Shown in pieces: positions 1 to 10,054 of a stretch of DNA of 59,423 nucleotides (position 1 is its first letter; the number at the start of each line of letters is the position of its first letter). Source of the stretch: a virus. The notes beneath the pieces are model-generated. The model was given only the letters and a program-made list of their open reading frames with translations. It had not been told where the DNA came from and ran no database searches. Position numbers and translations under genes: made by a program. The DNA is taken from positions 72,958 to 132,380 of IMG/VR virus record IMGVR_UViG_3300000271_000010, one strand, 5' to 3'.

Positions 1-986
1 CTTGGGCAGGACGCGATACTCTTTCGGGAGCCGATCTAGTTGTATGCTGGATGTCGGCGACACAGTGGGCGGCTTGAAGAATGCCTTGTTCTCAGGATGC
101 GCCTTGAGGCGCTTCTGAGTCGCGCGGATCGCGATCAGGATTGCTTCTTCCATGGTGGGAGCGTAACGCTTGAGACGGGCATCAGTGTGTTGGTGAGCAG
201 AAGCCACCCAACGCATGGGGTGATCATCGTCAGGGGAGGCCGGACGGACCAAGTGGATACCATCACTCCAGACTCGTGCAGGAGTCTTGGTAGCAAGCGA
301 TCCTCGTCCCATCACGCGTTCTCCCATCACAAAGCACATAGCAGGGTTGCTCATGTGTCGAGATGGCATTATGACGAGACGGTTGTCATGTCAAGATGGC
401 GATGAGATGCTGACGCATTGCTCCGCAGAAAGATGCAAAAGTGCCGAGAAAAGAAAATGCCGATATATCAAGTTGGTAGTGATGTCGTGATGGCTTTTTG
501 CGTTTTAATCAGGAAATGTGATGTGAAATAGGCGTGTTGGGCGTGATGTGATGTGGGTAGGGGAGTTGGATGTGATGTTGGCGCGTGATGGGACTTTTGG
601 CGCTATTTATTAATGTCGAAAATAACAATTTTGAGTGATTTCAATAAGTTCCACACATTCCAGTTTTTACCAATAGTTTCCCTAAAACCCGCCAGTGAAT
701 CGGGGATGCTGTGACTGGCCGTCAGTCGGCCTGTGAGTTCTCCTGTTTATCTATTTTATTTATTAAAAGTATATAATATACATACACAGGGGGCTTGAGG
801 GGCTGCACACCGCAGAGATCAGCCGTTTTTGAGCAAATCGACTTTCCGAGATATTTCTCAAACTTTTTCCTTCCTCAATAAAATCAACAACTTAAACAAC
901 TCGTCGCTGGAACCGACATTCTGGCTTGACACCACAGTCATTCTGACGGATCATTCGGCTTCAAACGAGCCAAGGAGTCGCTCATA

Positions 987-1337
987 ATGTCACTTACCGG
1001 ATACCGCCTAGCAGGCACCGCGAAGTCAGCCGCCAGCGGCTACATCCCCTCCCTGATCGGAGTAGGTCACCAACAGATCGAACCGGCTGGGACTGACGCT
1101 TACTTCGAGCAGGTCGATCTCCCGGCGGAAGCCATTAACCTTAACAGCGCAAGCCTCACCAAGTGGGTCACCTATGATGGGTTGCCATCGACAGAGAGGG
1201 ACCCAATCATCGCAGCAAAGGCGGCTGGTTTAGGTTTCTACATTCCGCTGAGCGAACTGGAAGCCGCCGCTGAGTTTTATGACAATGCCGGAGCCCGCGC
1301 CATCGTCGCTACTCTTCGGAAGGCATCACGCACATGA
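987..1337 (+). CDS. hypothetical phage protein
   Basis: ORF with AGGAG RBS, downstream of TTGACA at 926-931; first gene of a coupled operon. Confidence 0.75.
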   Translation: MSLTGYRLAGTAKSAASGYIPSLIGVGHQQIEPAGTDAYFEQVDLPAEAINLNSASLTKWVTYDGLPSTERDPIIAAKAAGLGFYIPLSELEAAAEFYDNAGARAIVATLRKASRT

Positions 1338-1666
1338 ACCAACTCTCGATCCGTGAATTGATCGACATTGCAAACGAAGCTGGTGTCCTGCGGATCATGT
1401 CAGAGCAGCAGACCACCAAGGTGATCATTGATCACACCCCGGCCCGAGCAGCTATGTCGATCCCCCGCGAACCTGACGAAATGGATGATCCCCTCACAGC
1501 GGCCACGCCTGATGTGATCCCAGTGGTCTACACACTAGCTGATGCCATGTTTGGTGGAATGGTCTTTGTCGCGTTGACTTGTGGTAACCGGGTCGTCGTC
1601 CATCCCTTCCCATGGATCAGCTACGAACACCTCGGGACTGTCCGGATCACTATTAATGGAGGCTAA
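1334..1666 (+). CDS. hypothetical phage protein
   Basis: ATGA overlap with the upstream ORF. Confidence 0.7.
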   Translation: MNQLSIRELIDIANEAGVLRIMSEQQTTKVIIDHTPARAAMSIPREPDEMDDPLTAATPDVIPVVYTLADAMFGGMVFVALTCGNRVVVHPFPWISYEHLGTVRITINGG

Positions 1667-2000
1667 CTTGGAAGCTCAACGAACTGCTCTTCGCCGGTTG
1701 TTCTGGCAATTGGATGTCATGCAACAAATGCGGGATACCAATTCGACATGCCACAGCGCCACTATCCCCCATACATTCTCGGCCGCTGAGCTTATGGAGG
1801 TCATCTTCGGTTCTGATCCGATCGAGAAGCAGCCAGACGATCGAGTCATCTTCATGATGGCGGTGTTTGAAATCGGCGACGAGACGTGGGGCGCGATCAC
1901 CGCCGCTATGAATTACGATTTCCCTTTGCGTATCATCGAGCCCTTCATCATCCCCGATGGTAAGATTTCGAACGTCGCTCTGTTCAAGGAAGAACTCTGA
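1656..2000 (+). CDS. hypothetical phage protein
   Basis: in-frame ATG at 1656 within track ORF 1581..2000; overlaps the upstream stop. Confidence 0.6.
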   Translation: MEANLEAQRTALRRLFWQLDVMQQMRDTNSTCHSATIPHTFSAAELMEVIFGSDPIEKQPDDRVIFMMAVFEIGDETWGAITAAMNYDFPLRIIEPFIIPDGKISNVALFKEEL

Positions 2001-2387
2001 ATGTTCTCATTCCCAGTCACCATCCCGGTCAGACGAGACGAATCGATTTTCCCCATCACGGTCAGCGTGAATGTCGATGATGTGCTACTTGTCAAGCCCC
2101 TACTTGACAATGACCTACCTTTTGGTGTAGAGTCTTGCTCTTCTGACATGATCCCTCAGTGTGAGATCATGTTTCAAGACGGACGCTCTCTTCCGGTTCT
2201 CGAAACTTCTCACACGATTACCTGCTACCTCGACGCTTATCTAGCGATCGAAGAGTTCTATACCGATCCTATGTTCGTTTGCGAATATGAAGAGGTGGAA
2301 GAACTAGCGGATAGAGGGGATAACGTCATCCCTCTCTTCGGCTCAAGAAAAACATGCGATACATCGGAGGAATCGACCCCGGACTAA
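2001..2387 (+). CDS. hypothetical acidic protein
   Basis: starts immediately after the upstream stop; operon context. Confidence 0.65.
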   Translation: MFSFPVTIPVRRDESIFPITVSVNVDDVLLVKPLLDNDLPFGVESCSSDMIPQCEIMFQDGRSLPVLETSHTITCYLDAYLAIEEFYTDPMFVCEYEEVEELADRGDNVIPLFGSRKTCDTSEESTPD

Positions 2388-2890
2388 CCGGTGCGCTCGC
2401 GATTCTAGACTTCCAAGACTTCCACCTTCACCTATGGGACACCCCGACTGTCTCGGTGAAGGTGGGAGATAAAATCAGAAAACGGTGCGATCCGGCGGCA
2501 TACGCTGATGCTATGGCACTTTTTCCCATCGACTATTGCACGATCGAGAATGTCCAGTCGCTCCCCAGCGATGGTCACGTCGGTGCATTCACGTTCGGTA
2601 AGGTTACCGGCATAGCGATCGGCATCGCGGCTGGTCTGGACATCCCACTGGCTTCGGTCGCCCCGGCCAAGTGGAAGATGCAAATGCAGGTCCCGGCCGA
2701 CAAGAAGGCAGCGAAGTTCCGCGCCTCCCAACTCTTCCCTCACTGCACATCAGGCTGGGGCCGTGAAATGGACCACGGCCGCGCCGAAGCAGCGATCATC
2801 GCACTCTACACCGCGATCGTCGCCGGGCTCAAGCCGAGCCAACCTTTCCACCTCGGTCTCATCAACGGGACCCAATTCAAGAAGAAGTAG
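2354..2890 (+). CDS. RuvC-like Holliday junction resolvase
   Basis: IGGIDPGLTGALA N-terminal motif, IENVQ, FTFG, KWK and DHGRAEAAIIA acidic motifs typical of phage RuvC-like nucleases; next to the terminase genes. Confidence 0.85.
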   Translation: MRYIGGIDPGLTGALAILDFQDFHLHLWDTPTVSVKVGDKIRKRCDPAAYADAMALFPIDYCTIENVQSLPSDGHVGAFTFGKVTGIAIGIAAGLDIPLASVAPAKWKMQMQVPADKKAAKFRASQLFPHCTSGWGREMDHGRAEAAIIALYTAIVAGLKPSQPFHLGLINGTQFKKK

Positions 2891-2894
2891 GGCC

Positions 2895-3473
2895 ATGGCA
2901 CGAAATGAACGAAACCCCGACAACCCGCAAGGCTATCTGAACAAGAAACAGGAACTGTTTGCTAAGTTCCTAGCCGAAGGGTGTAACCAACTCGACGCTT
3001 ACGTCAACGCTGGTTACGAACCATCATCAGCTAACGCATCGACCTTGGCGAACAAACCATTGGTGAAAGCTCGGGTGGAAGAACTCAGGCACGCCGCTGA
3101 GCGACGGGAGCTTGAATTTCAGGTCATGCGCCGTGAAGCCGCCGGCGCTCCTGAGAAGCTGGTGGAAGTGGCAGAGTGGACGATGCAGCGTGTCATGGAC
3201 ATGATGGCTGAGAACGTCAAGCTGGCACAGATCGCCGGGGAATACCGGGCAGCCAATGAAACCTTCAAGATGATGGGCGAAGCCCTCAATATGTTTACGA
3301 AAGCCAAGTCAGATGCAAGTGAAAGAAACGCGTCGGGAGCGAAAAACACGCTTGCTCTCATCGAGCAAGTCACTCAGGTCTTTACAGACGCGGGTGGAGC
3401 AAGCGATTCAGGAGAATCAAACGCTCTCAGACCTCGATTGGCACGCGCTGGTAACGCTGACGCAATCGACTGA
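2895..3473 (+). CDS. terS: terminase small subunit
   Basis: LNKKQELFAKFLAEGCNQLDAYVNAGYEPSSANASTLANKPLVKARVEEL is a TerS-type HTH N-terminus; directly upstream of TerL; start set at ATG 2895. Confidence 0.8.
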   Translation: MARNERNPDNPQGYLNKKQELFAKFLAEGCNQLDAYVNAGYEPSSANASTLANKPLVKARVEELRHAAERRELEFQVMRREAAGAPEKLVEVAEWTMQRVMDMMAENVKLAQIAGEYRAANETFKMMGEALNMFTKAKSDASERNASGAKNTLALIEQVTQVFTDAGGASDSGESNALRPRLARAGNADAID

Positions 3474-5046
3474 TATCAATCTCCAGATCGAACTCCTCGA
3501 AGCAGCCGTTGACCAGATCACGGAACTTCTCGAAGAGGTGTGGATCGAGCTTGCCCGCGAAAGCTACCATGACTTCTACGAGTTCATGGAGCGGGAAAAC
3601 GAATATGAAATGAGCCCGCACCAGAAGCTGATCGGCGACTTGCTCATGTCGTCGGCCAGTAAGGAGACCATGCGGTTCATGCTCTCACTTCCTCCGGGTC
3701 ACTGTAAGTCCACACACTCGTCCCACTACTTTCCAGCATGGTGGTTTGGTAAGGTCGGCAGCAAACAGCGTTTCTTACAAGCAGGGCACAGTCAGGACTT
3801 CGTTGCTAAGGAAATCGGCGCGAAGGTCCGGCAGATCATTCAATCCGAAGACTACCAGCGTATCTTCCCCGATGTCGTTATCAAGCACGACATGCGGGCG
3901 ATGGACTATTGGGCTCTCACAAACGGACGAGGAAAATACGTAGGGAAAGGGGCCGGTCAGGGTATCTCCGGTTTCCGTGGAAACTACGGCATGGTCGATG
4001 ACCCCTACAAGAGCCGCAAGGACGCAGAAAGTCCAACAATTCGGGACAGTGTTTTCAAATGGTATTCCGATGACTTTTCAACACGTTTGCTCCCCGGCAG
4101 CCCTTTAGGGATTATTATGACGCGGTGGCACTCTGATGACCTCTGCGGACGCATCACAGAACGCGAAGAAAAGGAAGCTCGCGAAGAAGCAGAAAAGTTG
4201 AATGAGACGTTACAAGGACAACTCGTTGAAAAACTTGAAGAACAGCAAGGAAACCAGAAAAAATACCGCTTTGAGATCATAAATCTTCCAGCAATTTGCG
4301 AGGGAGATGACGATCCATTAGGTAGGCGGCACGGTGAAGCACTTTGGCCCGAACTTTTTACGCTTGACGCGCTGGAAAATCTCAAAGCTGACATGACTCC
4401 TTCGTCATGGAACTCGCTCTACCAAGGCACACCGATGGACGTGAGTGGCGGCGCGGTGGAGTCCGAGTGGTTCCAGCGTTACGATTCGCCGCCCAGCCGT
4501 GGAGATGCTGAGAAGGGTCTCAAGAACGAAGTCCGGCGCTGTGTGGTGTCTGTTGACGCCGCGAACACGGCCAAGGAACGATCCGACTTCACGGTCATCA
4601 CGGTCTGGTATGAGACCATGACGAAGAACCACTATCTGATCGACGTGATCCGAAAACAGATGGAGTTCACCGAAATGTCGGCCGAAATCGCCCGAGTCTG
4701 CAAGCGATACAACGCCGATGCGCTGCTGGTCGAAGCGAAAGGCAACGGCTTGGCCTACTGCCAGTTGAAGCAGAACGGTGGGGCTCCGGCTCCGCTGATC
4801 GCGATCGAGGTCGGGTCGGCCAGTAAGGAGTTCCGCTTCGACGAAGTGACGCCAATGATCGAAGCCGGAAGTGTCTACCTTCCAAGGCAAGCAAACTGGT
4901 TGGCCGAATACGAGAAGGAACTGGTTGCGTTCCCGAACGGAAAACGAGACGACCAAGTTGACAGCACCTCGCAGTATCTCAAGTGGGCCCGGCAGAAGGG
5001 CCGGCGCGGCACGAAGAAGCTGGGAGGCACCGGAACACGGCGCTAG
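3313..5046 (+). CDS. terL: terminase large subunit
   Basis: Walker A LPPGHCKST, Walker B GMVDDP, IIMTRW coupling motif, nuclease motifs VSVDAA and DDQVDSTSQ. Confidence 0.95.
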   Translation: MQVKETRRERKTRLLSSSKSLRSLQTRVEQAIQENQTLSDLDWHALVTLTQSTDINLQIELLEAAVDQITELLEEVWIELARESYHDFYEFMERENEYEMSPHQKLIGDLLMSSASKETMRFMLSLPPGHCKSTHSSHYFPAWWFGKVGSKQRFLQAGHSQDFVAKEIGAKVRQIIQSEDYQRIFPDVVIKHDMRAMDYWALTNGRGKYVGKGAGQGISGFRGNYGMVDDPYKSRKDAESPTIRDSVFKWYSDDFSTRLLPGSPLGIIMTRWHSDDLCGRITEREEKEAREEAEKLNETLQGQLVEKLEEQQGNQKKYRFEIINLPAICEGDDDPLGRRHGEALWPELFTLDALENLKADMTPSSWNSLYQGTPMDVSGGAVESEWFQRYDSPPSRGDAEKGLKNEVRRCVVSVDAANTAKERSDFTVITVWYETMTKNHYLIDVIRKQMEFTEMSAEIARVCKRYNADALLVEAKGNGLAYCQLKQNGGAPAPLIAIEVGSASKEFRFDEVTPMIEAGSVYLPRQANWLAEYEKELVAFPNGKRDDQVDSTSQYLKWARQKGRRGTKKLGGTGTRR

Positions 5047-5075
5047 GGGACCCTTTCCCTCAGGATAGGGGCCCC

Positions 5076-5227
5076 GTTAACCTTAACGAAACGAGGATTC
5101 CGACCGTTAACCATTTCTGTTAAGGTTAACGAAACGAGGATTCCGGCCGTTAACCATTTTCGTTAAGGTTAACGGATTCACTCCACGCGTTAACCTTAAC
5201 AAAATCCACCTCTTCGTTAACCTTAAC
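5076..5227. promoter_or_regulatory. gene-free cluster of GTTAACCTTAAC/GTTAAGGTTAAC and TTAACCAT (CtrA half-site-like) motifs
   Basis: five 12-mers, TTAACCAT at 5107 and 5150, and a duplicated TTAACGAAACGAGGATTCC. Confidence 0.7.
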
Positions 5228-6027
5228 TGGGACCCATTGCTCCACGGCTTTGGGTCCCTTCGTTTTTAGAAGCCGGGACCCTCACCCACAGATTGCCGGC
5301 CGGGACCCTGACGACCAGAACATAGGCCGGGGTCCCTTTTTCCACGACCTCTGGGACCCTACGCGTCAGAACAGGGGCCGGGGTCTGGATTTGGAAAATC
5401 GATTGACCGATCTGGCTCACCTCAGACCCCTGTTTGCTCGTTATCTTGAGCATTAACCGGGTTAGTGCCCAAGATATGGAGCAATCGGCGCGAGACCCCT
5501 CCCGGAGCCACCCTCGCCGCCGGCTCTCATCACGCCCCTCTCACCACCAGCCAAGCCGGCGTCCAGCCGACCCCTACCGAGGGCGGCCGATTAACTTCCA
5601 AAAAGATTTGGCGTATATTTTGGAACTTAATAGTGGAAAAACTCGTGGAATAACAAAGCCATCGAACTAAAGTTCCAGTTCGCCCGATAAGCAAGTTAAC
5701 TCATAGGGTGCCGGCCGAGGTGGAGACCCGATCGAGGCCCGACAGTATGGATGACGGTCATTTTGACAAACGGTTATCTTCCAATGCGCCTCTTTCGCGT
5801 TTTAACAGAAAAATGGGCCCAAAAATCGTCGTAAATCGTTGAAAAATAGCGATTTTTGTTAAAATGTCGGTCGAAAATCGGCCGATTCAGCCAAAATGGC
5901 GGTGAATCCCAGCCGTTTTAAGCCTGCTCAGCGTCATTCTGGCTGATCGAGGGCTCCGAGGCGCTGGTTGACAGCCTGAGAGCTTCCAGCGGCTCCCAGC
6001 TTCGGCTCAGCCACGATCGATCGACTT

Positions 6028-6187
6028 TATGGATCGAGGCCATTTTGCTCCGCTATGGATCGAGGTCATTTTATGGATCGAACTCATTTTATGGATCGAG
6101 GCCATTTTGCCGGCTGCTATGGATCGAGGCCATTTTGCCGCGTGCTATGGATCGAGGTCATTTTGCTATGGATCGAGGCCATTTTGC
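6028..6187 (+). repeat. iteron-like tandem repeat, 7 copies of TATGGATCGAGGYCATTTT
   Basis: seven direct copies with 0-10 bp linkers, one of them degenerate; related single copies at 5746 and 26103. Confidence 0.9.
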
Positions 6188-6234
6188 ATGACCGGCGCGC
6201 GACCCCTCCCCCGGACCACTTTCGCGCCGGCCGC

Positions 6235-6470
6235 CGGTAAGGTTAACCGACGTTAACCTTTCTCCACCAGTAAGGTTAACGAAATCGGTCCATCTGTTAA
6301 CCTTAACAGCGCGTTAACCTTAACAAACCCCTAATTTACCCCTCGTTAACGTTAACGAATATGGTTAACGGGCCATTAACCACGTTTGTTAACGTTAACG
6401 GCTCGTTAAGGTTAACGCGGCGGCGGATTTTGTTAAGGTTAACGAGTCAGGCGAAGTTGTTAACCATTGA
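6235..6470. promoter_or_regulatory. dense cluster of CtrA-type boxes
   Basis: perfect TTAA-N7-TTAA at 6303-6317, 6365-6379 and 6395-6409, plus many GTTAAC words. Confidence 0.75.
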
Positions 6471-6551
6471 CGTGGAAAAAGTGCTTGACCGAATCGGCTG
6501 GGTCTGCGACTCAGGATGCACAGCGAATCACCGCTGACAGGAGACGACCGA

Positions 6552-6797
6552 ATGCCTTTGAAACCCGACGCCGCCGCCCGCAAGGACAAGCTGGGCGCAA
6601 ACCATCCCGCAACCCTCCAGCATCGGCACTTCGCCGTTATCGCTGGTATCCTCGCCAACCTCGACCGGGACAGCCTCGGCCTGACGCAAGGCCAGCATCT
6701 CAACATCTGCCAAGACTTCGCCGCCGGGCTCGCTGAGACCAACCCCAAATTCGACGAGCGTCGATTCATGGTCGCCTGCGGCTTCGCGGCCCCCTGA
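6552..6797 (+). CDS. cassette hypothetical protein
   Basis: ATG after the GGAGA RBS of cassette 1. Confidence 0.8.
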   Translation: MPLKPDAAARKDKLGANHPATLQHRHFAVIAGILANLDRDSLGLTQGQHLNICQDFAAGLAETNPKFDERRFMVACGFAAP

Positions 6798-6895
6798 TGG
6801 GGTGTCTTGATGCTCTCGCCCGGTTCATTCTGGGTATATTCTTCCTGATCCTTGCAATGGGGGTGACCGCGTGTCACCCTCTCTTTTTGCGGTAA
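6797..6895 (+). CDS. 32-aa hydrophobic lipobox micropeptide (MGCLDALARFILGIFFLILAMGVTACHPLFLR)
   Basis: TGATG coupling to the upstream gene; paralogues at 14411 and 16565; below the ORF-track cutoff. Confidence 0.6.
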   Translation: MGCLDALARFILGIFFLILAMGVTACHPLFLR

Positions 6896-7009
6896 CTATT
6901 CGTTAAGGTTAACGCGTAGAGGTAATTCGTTAACCATCAAAGTGGAAAAAGTGCTTGACCGAATCGGCTGGGACGCCTAGGTCCGAATCACCACAACGGA
7001 GAAAGACCA

Positions 7010-7318
7010 ATGCAAACCGAACCCCACCCCTGCGACCTTGACGGCACGAACAAGTTTCGGGCTGCGGCTGCCGCCGTGCGCGCCATGCAATTCGACCTTG
7101 ATATGCTGGCTGCCGCCTTCGACGATACAGGCAACGCCAAGATGGCTGATAAACTGGCGACCCTCGCCGACAACTGCGAACGGGTCAACAGCCTTATCAA
7201 AGAGGCGTTGAACGATAGCGTCAACGTCATGATGCAGCGCACGAATGAAAGCTCGCACAACATTCTTATGGCCGCCTTCGCGGTCGCTGGCATCAACCTC
7301 GAAAAAGAGAAGGGCTAA
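7010..7318 (+). CDS. cassette hypothetical protein
   Basis: RBS and ATG after the repeat promoter. Confidence 0.8.
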   Translation: MQTEPHPCDLDGTNKFRAAAAAVRAMQFDLDMLAAAFDDTGNAKMADKLATLADNCERVNSLIKEALNDSVNVMMQRTNESSHNILMAAFAVAGINLEKEKG

Positions 7319-7322
7319 GCAA

Positions 7323-7700
7323 ATGCAGACCATCTGGCAATTCAAGACCAAAAACTTCACGGTCCGGATGTCCTGCGACTATCAGGAGGAATCCGAAGAC
7401 CTTTCGTTCGATGAAACTGGCGAGACGCAAGAGAAGGTCAATAGCGGTGAATGGGCCGTCTATGTCTTTCACGCCGAAGTGATCGAACGGGCGACCGGTA
7501 ACACCATCGGGGAAGACTACCTCGGCGGTTCGATCTATGCCAACCCGGAAGACTTCCGGGATCATGTGGGGCTCGCAATCAAGAGCCGCGAAGCTGGCCG
7601 CAACTACGGTAGCTACTTCACCCAGATGATCCGGGAAGCGATCTGCGAGGCTCGCAAGACCTACGCCGAAGAGCGCCCACGCCTTCGCGTTCCAGCTTAA
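7323..7700 (+). CDS. cassette hypothetical protein
   Basis: second gene of the cassette; in-frame ATG 7323; followed by a terminator. Confidence 0.8.
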   Translation: MQTIWQFKTKNFTVRMSCDYQEESEDLSFDETGETQEKVNSGEWAVYVFHAEVIERATGNTIGEDYLGGSIYANPEDFRDHVGLAIKSREAGRNYGSYFTQMIREAICEARKTYAEERPRLRVPA

Positions 7701-7703
7701 GGG

Positions 7704-7729
7704 AGAGGGGCTTAGCGCCCCTCTTTCTT
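7704..7729 (+). terminator. intrinsic terminator, representative of the cassette-end hairpins (GAGGGGC-TTCG/TTAG-GCCCCTC-T tract family)
   Basis: AGAGGGGC/GCCCCTCT stem plus T tract; near-identical hairpins follow many cassettes (e.g. near 11278, 13012, 15380, 19387, 21697, 22114, 23327). Confidence 0.85.
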
Positions 7730-7852
7730 CGTCAGTAACTATTCGTTAAGGTTAACGGATCGGGGTAATTTGTTAACCATTAAAGTGGAAAAAATGCTTG
7801 ACCGAATCGGCTGACACGCCTAGACCCGAATCACCAACAACGGAGACAGACC

Positions 7853-8104
7853 ATGCAGACCCCTGAAATCAGCACTATCGAAGTGGACGATGTGTCCTTC
7901 GATGAAACCGGGAAGGTTCCCTTCCTCGCCCTCCACGTTCCGGCTGATCCGGCGGATGCGGCCATCGTTATGGCACAGACCACGGAAGGCTTCGACGGTC
8001 GTAGCGAATGGCGCTGGTTCCGACTGCCGAACGGCGATCTGATCCTCGGCGTGTTCCCGCAAGGTGACACCTATCTGCAATTCGCCGACACCATCGGCAT
8101 TTAA
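7853..8104 (+). CDS. cassette hypothetical protein
   Basis: RBS and ATG after the repeat promoter. Confidence 0.8.
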   Translation: MQTPEISTIEVDDVSFDETGKVPFLALHVPADPADAAIVMAQTTEGFDGRSEWRWFRLPNGDLILGVFPQGDTYLQFADTIGI

Positions 8105-8113
8105 GGGAAAAAC

Positions 8114-8371
8114 ATGCTGAGAAACTACATGGCAGCCCGCGAACTAGAACGAGTTGCACCACTATCTGCCTTCAACGTGGAAGGCTACACCACCCGCCAG
8201 AAGATCAATCAACACGCGACGCTTTACCGCTTCCCGGATGGCTCGACCCTCTTTCTCCGGACAACGAAGCAATGCGCTGATGCTTGGCACAAAGACTGGA
8301 AGGGGCGTGCCGATGATGTTCACCTTGGTCCGATCCGTGGAGCCCCGATCAACGTCAACCGCTCAAGCTAA
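8114..8371 (+). CDS. cassette hypothetical protein
   Basis: second gene; terminator follows. Confidence 0.75.
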   Translation: MLRNYMAARELERVAPLSAFNVEGYTTRQKINQHATLYRFPDGSTLFLRTTKQCADAWHKDWKGRADDVHLGPIRGAPINVNRSS

Positions 8372-8611
8372 GACTGGCGGGCTCCGGCTCGCCTTTCTTT
8401 TGTCGGTAACCAATCGTTAAGGTTAACACGACGCGGTAATTCATTAACCATCAAAGTGGAAAAAGTGCTTGACCGAATCACTTACACCACCTAGAAACGA
8501 ATCAGGTAGACGCCTAGCGGGGAACGTGCCTGCGAAAGCGAGACAAACTAGGGACCGCAACGGGAGGACCCGGAGAGCGGCCCTAGCCACCCTCACAACG
8601 GAGACAGATCA

Positions 8612-8839
8612 ATGGAAAGAACTGCAATCGACTGGCAAGGCGAACAACAGCCTATGCCTGAGCCGCAAGGAAAACTCCGGGAAAGCTATCCGGGCAAGAT
8701 CGAACTGTGGAAACACGGGACGCGCTACGCCGTTGTCTACGGCCTGCAAGTCAAGCAACACTTGACCTACGCCGAAGCTGCCATGGAATTGGGAAGTTGT
8801 TTGATGCATCACGCATCATGTGAAGGTAAGCTGGATTAA
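8612..8839 (+). CDS. cassette hypothetical protein
   Basis: GGAGA RBS after a long structured leader. Confidence 0.75.
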   Translation: MERTAIDWQGEQQPMPEPQGKLRESYPGKIELWKHGTRYAVVYGLQVKQHLTYAEAAMELGSCLMHHASCEGKLD

Positions 8840-8897
8840 ATGCTTGACCGAATCGGTGGCTACACCTAGAAACGAATAACCAAACCGGAGACAGACC

Positions 8898-9227
8898 ATG
8901 ACAGTTAAGACAATGCTTGTGCGGTTCCTGCGAAGCCATACCGAAGACGACCAACACGTCGCAATGCGCTTCGGTCCTTATCCCGGCGTTGAAGCCTATT
9001 TCGAACAGCTTCGGCTTGAACTCGAAGATGGTGACCTTGCTTGCACTGACGACCTTGTGTTGGTGTATGGCGAACTACGGATCATCGGGGAACACACCGG
9101 GGACGCTTACGCACTTTATGTCCGAGTCCCCAGCTACGCTACCGAAACCGCACGCGAACTCGCCAGCCGGATTCAGGAAGCCTACGACTTCGGCGGCGCG
9201 TCTGGTTGGTTCCAGATCATCGAATAA
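8898..9227 (+). CDS. cassette hypothetical protein
   Basis: RBS and ATG after a truncated repeat promoter. Confidence 0.8.
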   Translation: MTVKTMLVRFLRSHTEDDQHVAMRFGPYPGVEAYFEQLRLELEDGDLACTDDLVLVYGELRIIGEHTGDAYALYVRVPSYATETARELASRIQEAYDFGGASGWFQIIE

Positions 9228-9261
9228 GATCGGCGGGCTCCGGCCCGCCTTTCTTTTGCCA

Positions 9262-9377
9262 GTAACCCGGCGTTAACGTTAACACATCAAGGTAATTTGT
9301 TAACCATCAAAGTGGAAAAAGTGCTTGACCGAATCACTGGGTTCACCTAGAAACGAATCACCAACAGGAGACAGACC
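9262..9377 (+). promoter_or_regulatory. representative cassette promoter unit
   Basis: GTAA-N7-TTAA, TTAACCAT, AAAGTGGAAAAAGTGC-TTGACC-GAATC-N10-CCTAGAAAC-GAATC, then the AGGAGACAGACC RBS and ATG. Confidence 0.85.
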
Positions 9378-9686
9378 ATGCGAATTAGCCACATTGAAAT
9401 GACCATCACCCTCGAAGACGGGCAGACCGTGCAGGGCCTTATCAGCCCGGAAGGCGAGTCGCGCTGGGGCAATGACATTCCCCACCTCGCCGCCGTTGTG
9501 ATCCCCATGGAAGCCATGGCTGCTGCCTTGCAGGAAAACGACGCGTGGGAACGTGAAGAGGACGAAGAGGACGAACACCACGGCGAATGCGGCCAGTGCG
9601 AAGGCACCGGCACAATCGAAGGCGGGCTCGGCGGCGATGGAGACGATGAAGAATGCCCCGTCTGCGACGGAAGCGGGGAACTCTGA
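9378..9686 (+). CDS. acidic protein with DnaJ-type zinc-finger motifs
   Basis: CGQCEGTG and CPVCDGSG (CxxCxGxG) repeats. Confidence 0.75.
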   Translation: MRISHIEMTITLEDGQTVQGLISPEGESRWGNDIPHLAAVVIPMEAMAAALQENDAWEREEDEEDEHHGECGQCEGTGTIEGGLGGDGDDEECPVCDGSGEL

Positions 9687-9928
9687 TGCACAAGACCCCG
9701 CCCGCAATCGACACCAGCGTGACCGTCCAACTCTGGACGCCCGGCGGTTTGATTGTCAGCATCCCGGCTGGGTTCATTACTTCCGATCCCGTGCGGGCTT
9801 CGCTGGATAAGCGAACGCAGGAAGGCGACACGCACGCCGCTATCACCATGGCCCGCCACACCGGGCTTGATGTGACCATCCGCCGGGAAACACAAACCAC
9901 CGTTCGCGCCTCCGATCTGGAGGCGTGA
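9686..9928 (+). CDS. cassette hypothetical protein
   Basis: TGATG coupling; in-frame ATG 9686. Confidence 0.7.
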   Translation: MHKTPPAIDTSVTVQLWTPGGLIVSIPAGFITSDPVRASLDKRTQEGDTHAAITMARHTGLDVTIRRETQTTVRASDLEA

Positions 9929-10054
9929 GCGCCCGGTAATCATCCGTTAACCTTAACAAAACGTCTGAACTTGTTAACAATTTATCTGGAAAAAGTGCTT
10001 GACCTAATACAACGACTCGCCTAGAAACGAATCAGTTGAAACGGAGACAAGACC

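Noticed and set aside
40-490. Track ORFs 40..405 and 287..490
   Set aside because: No RBS and atypical composition. A minus-strand gene running off the left edge is possible but could not be supported.
3313-3473. terS/terL 161-bp overlap as a frameshift or fusion
   Set aside because: No slippery site noticed; the TerL start may simply lie further downstream. Cannot be resolved here.
6028-6187. CRISPR array
   Set aside because: Linkers are 0-10 bp rather than spacer-sized, and no cas genes are present. The larger repeat family is separated by whole genes.
5223-6256. Track ORFs in the boundary region (e.g. 6029..6256, 6055..6240)
   Set aside because: They are translations of DNA repeats with no RBS or protein-like composition.
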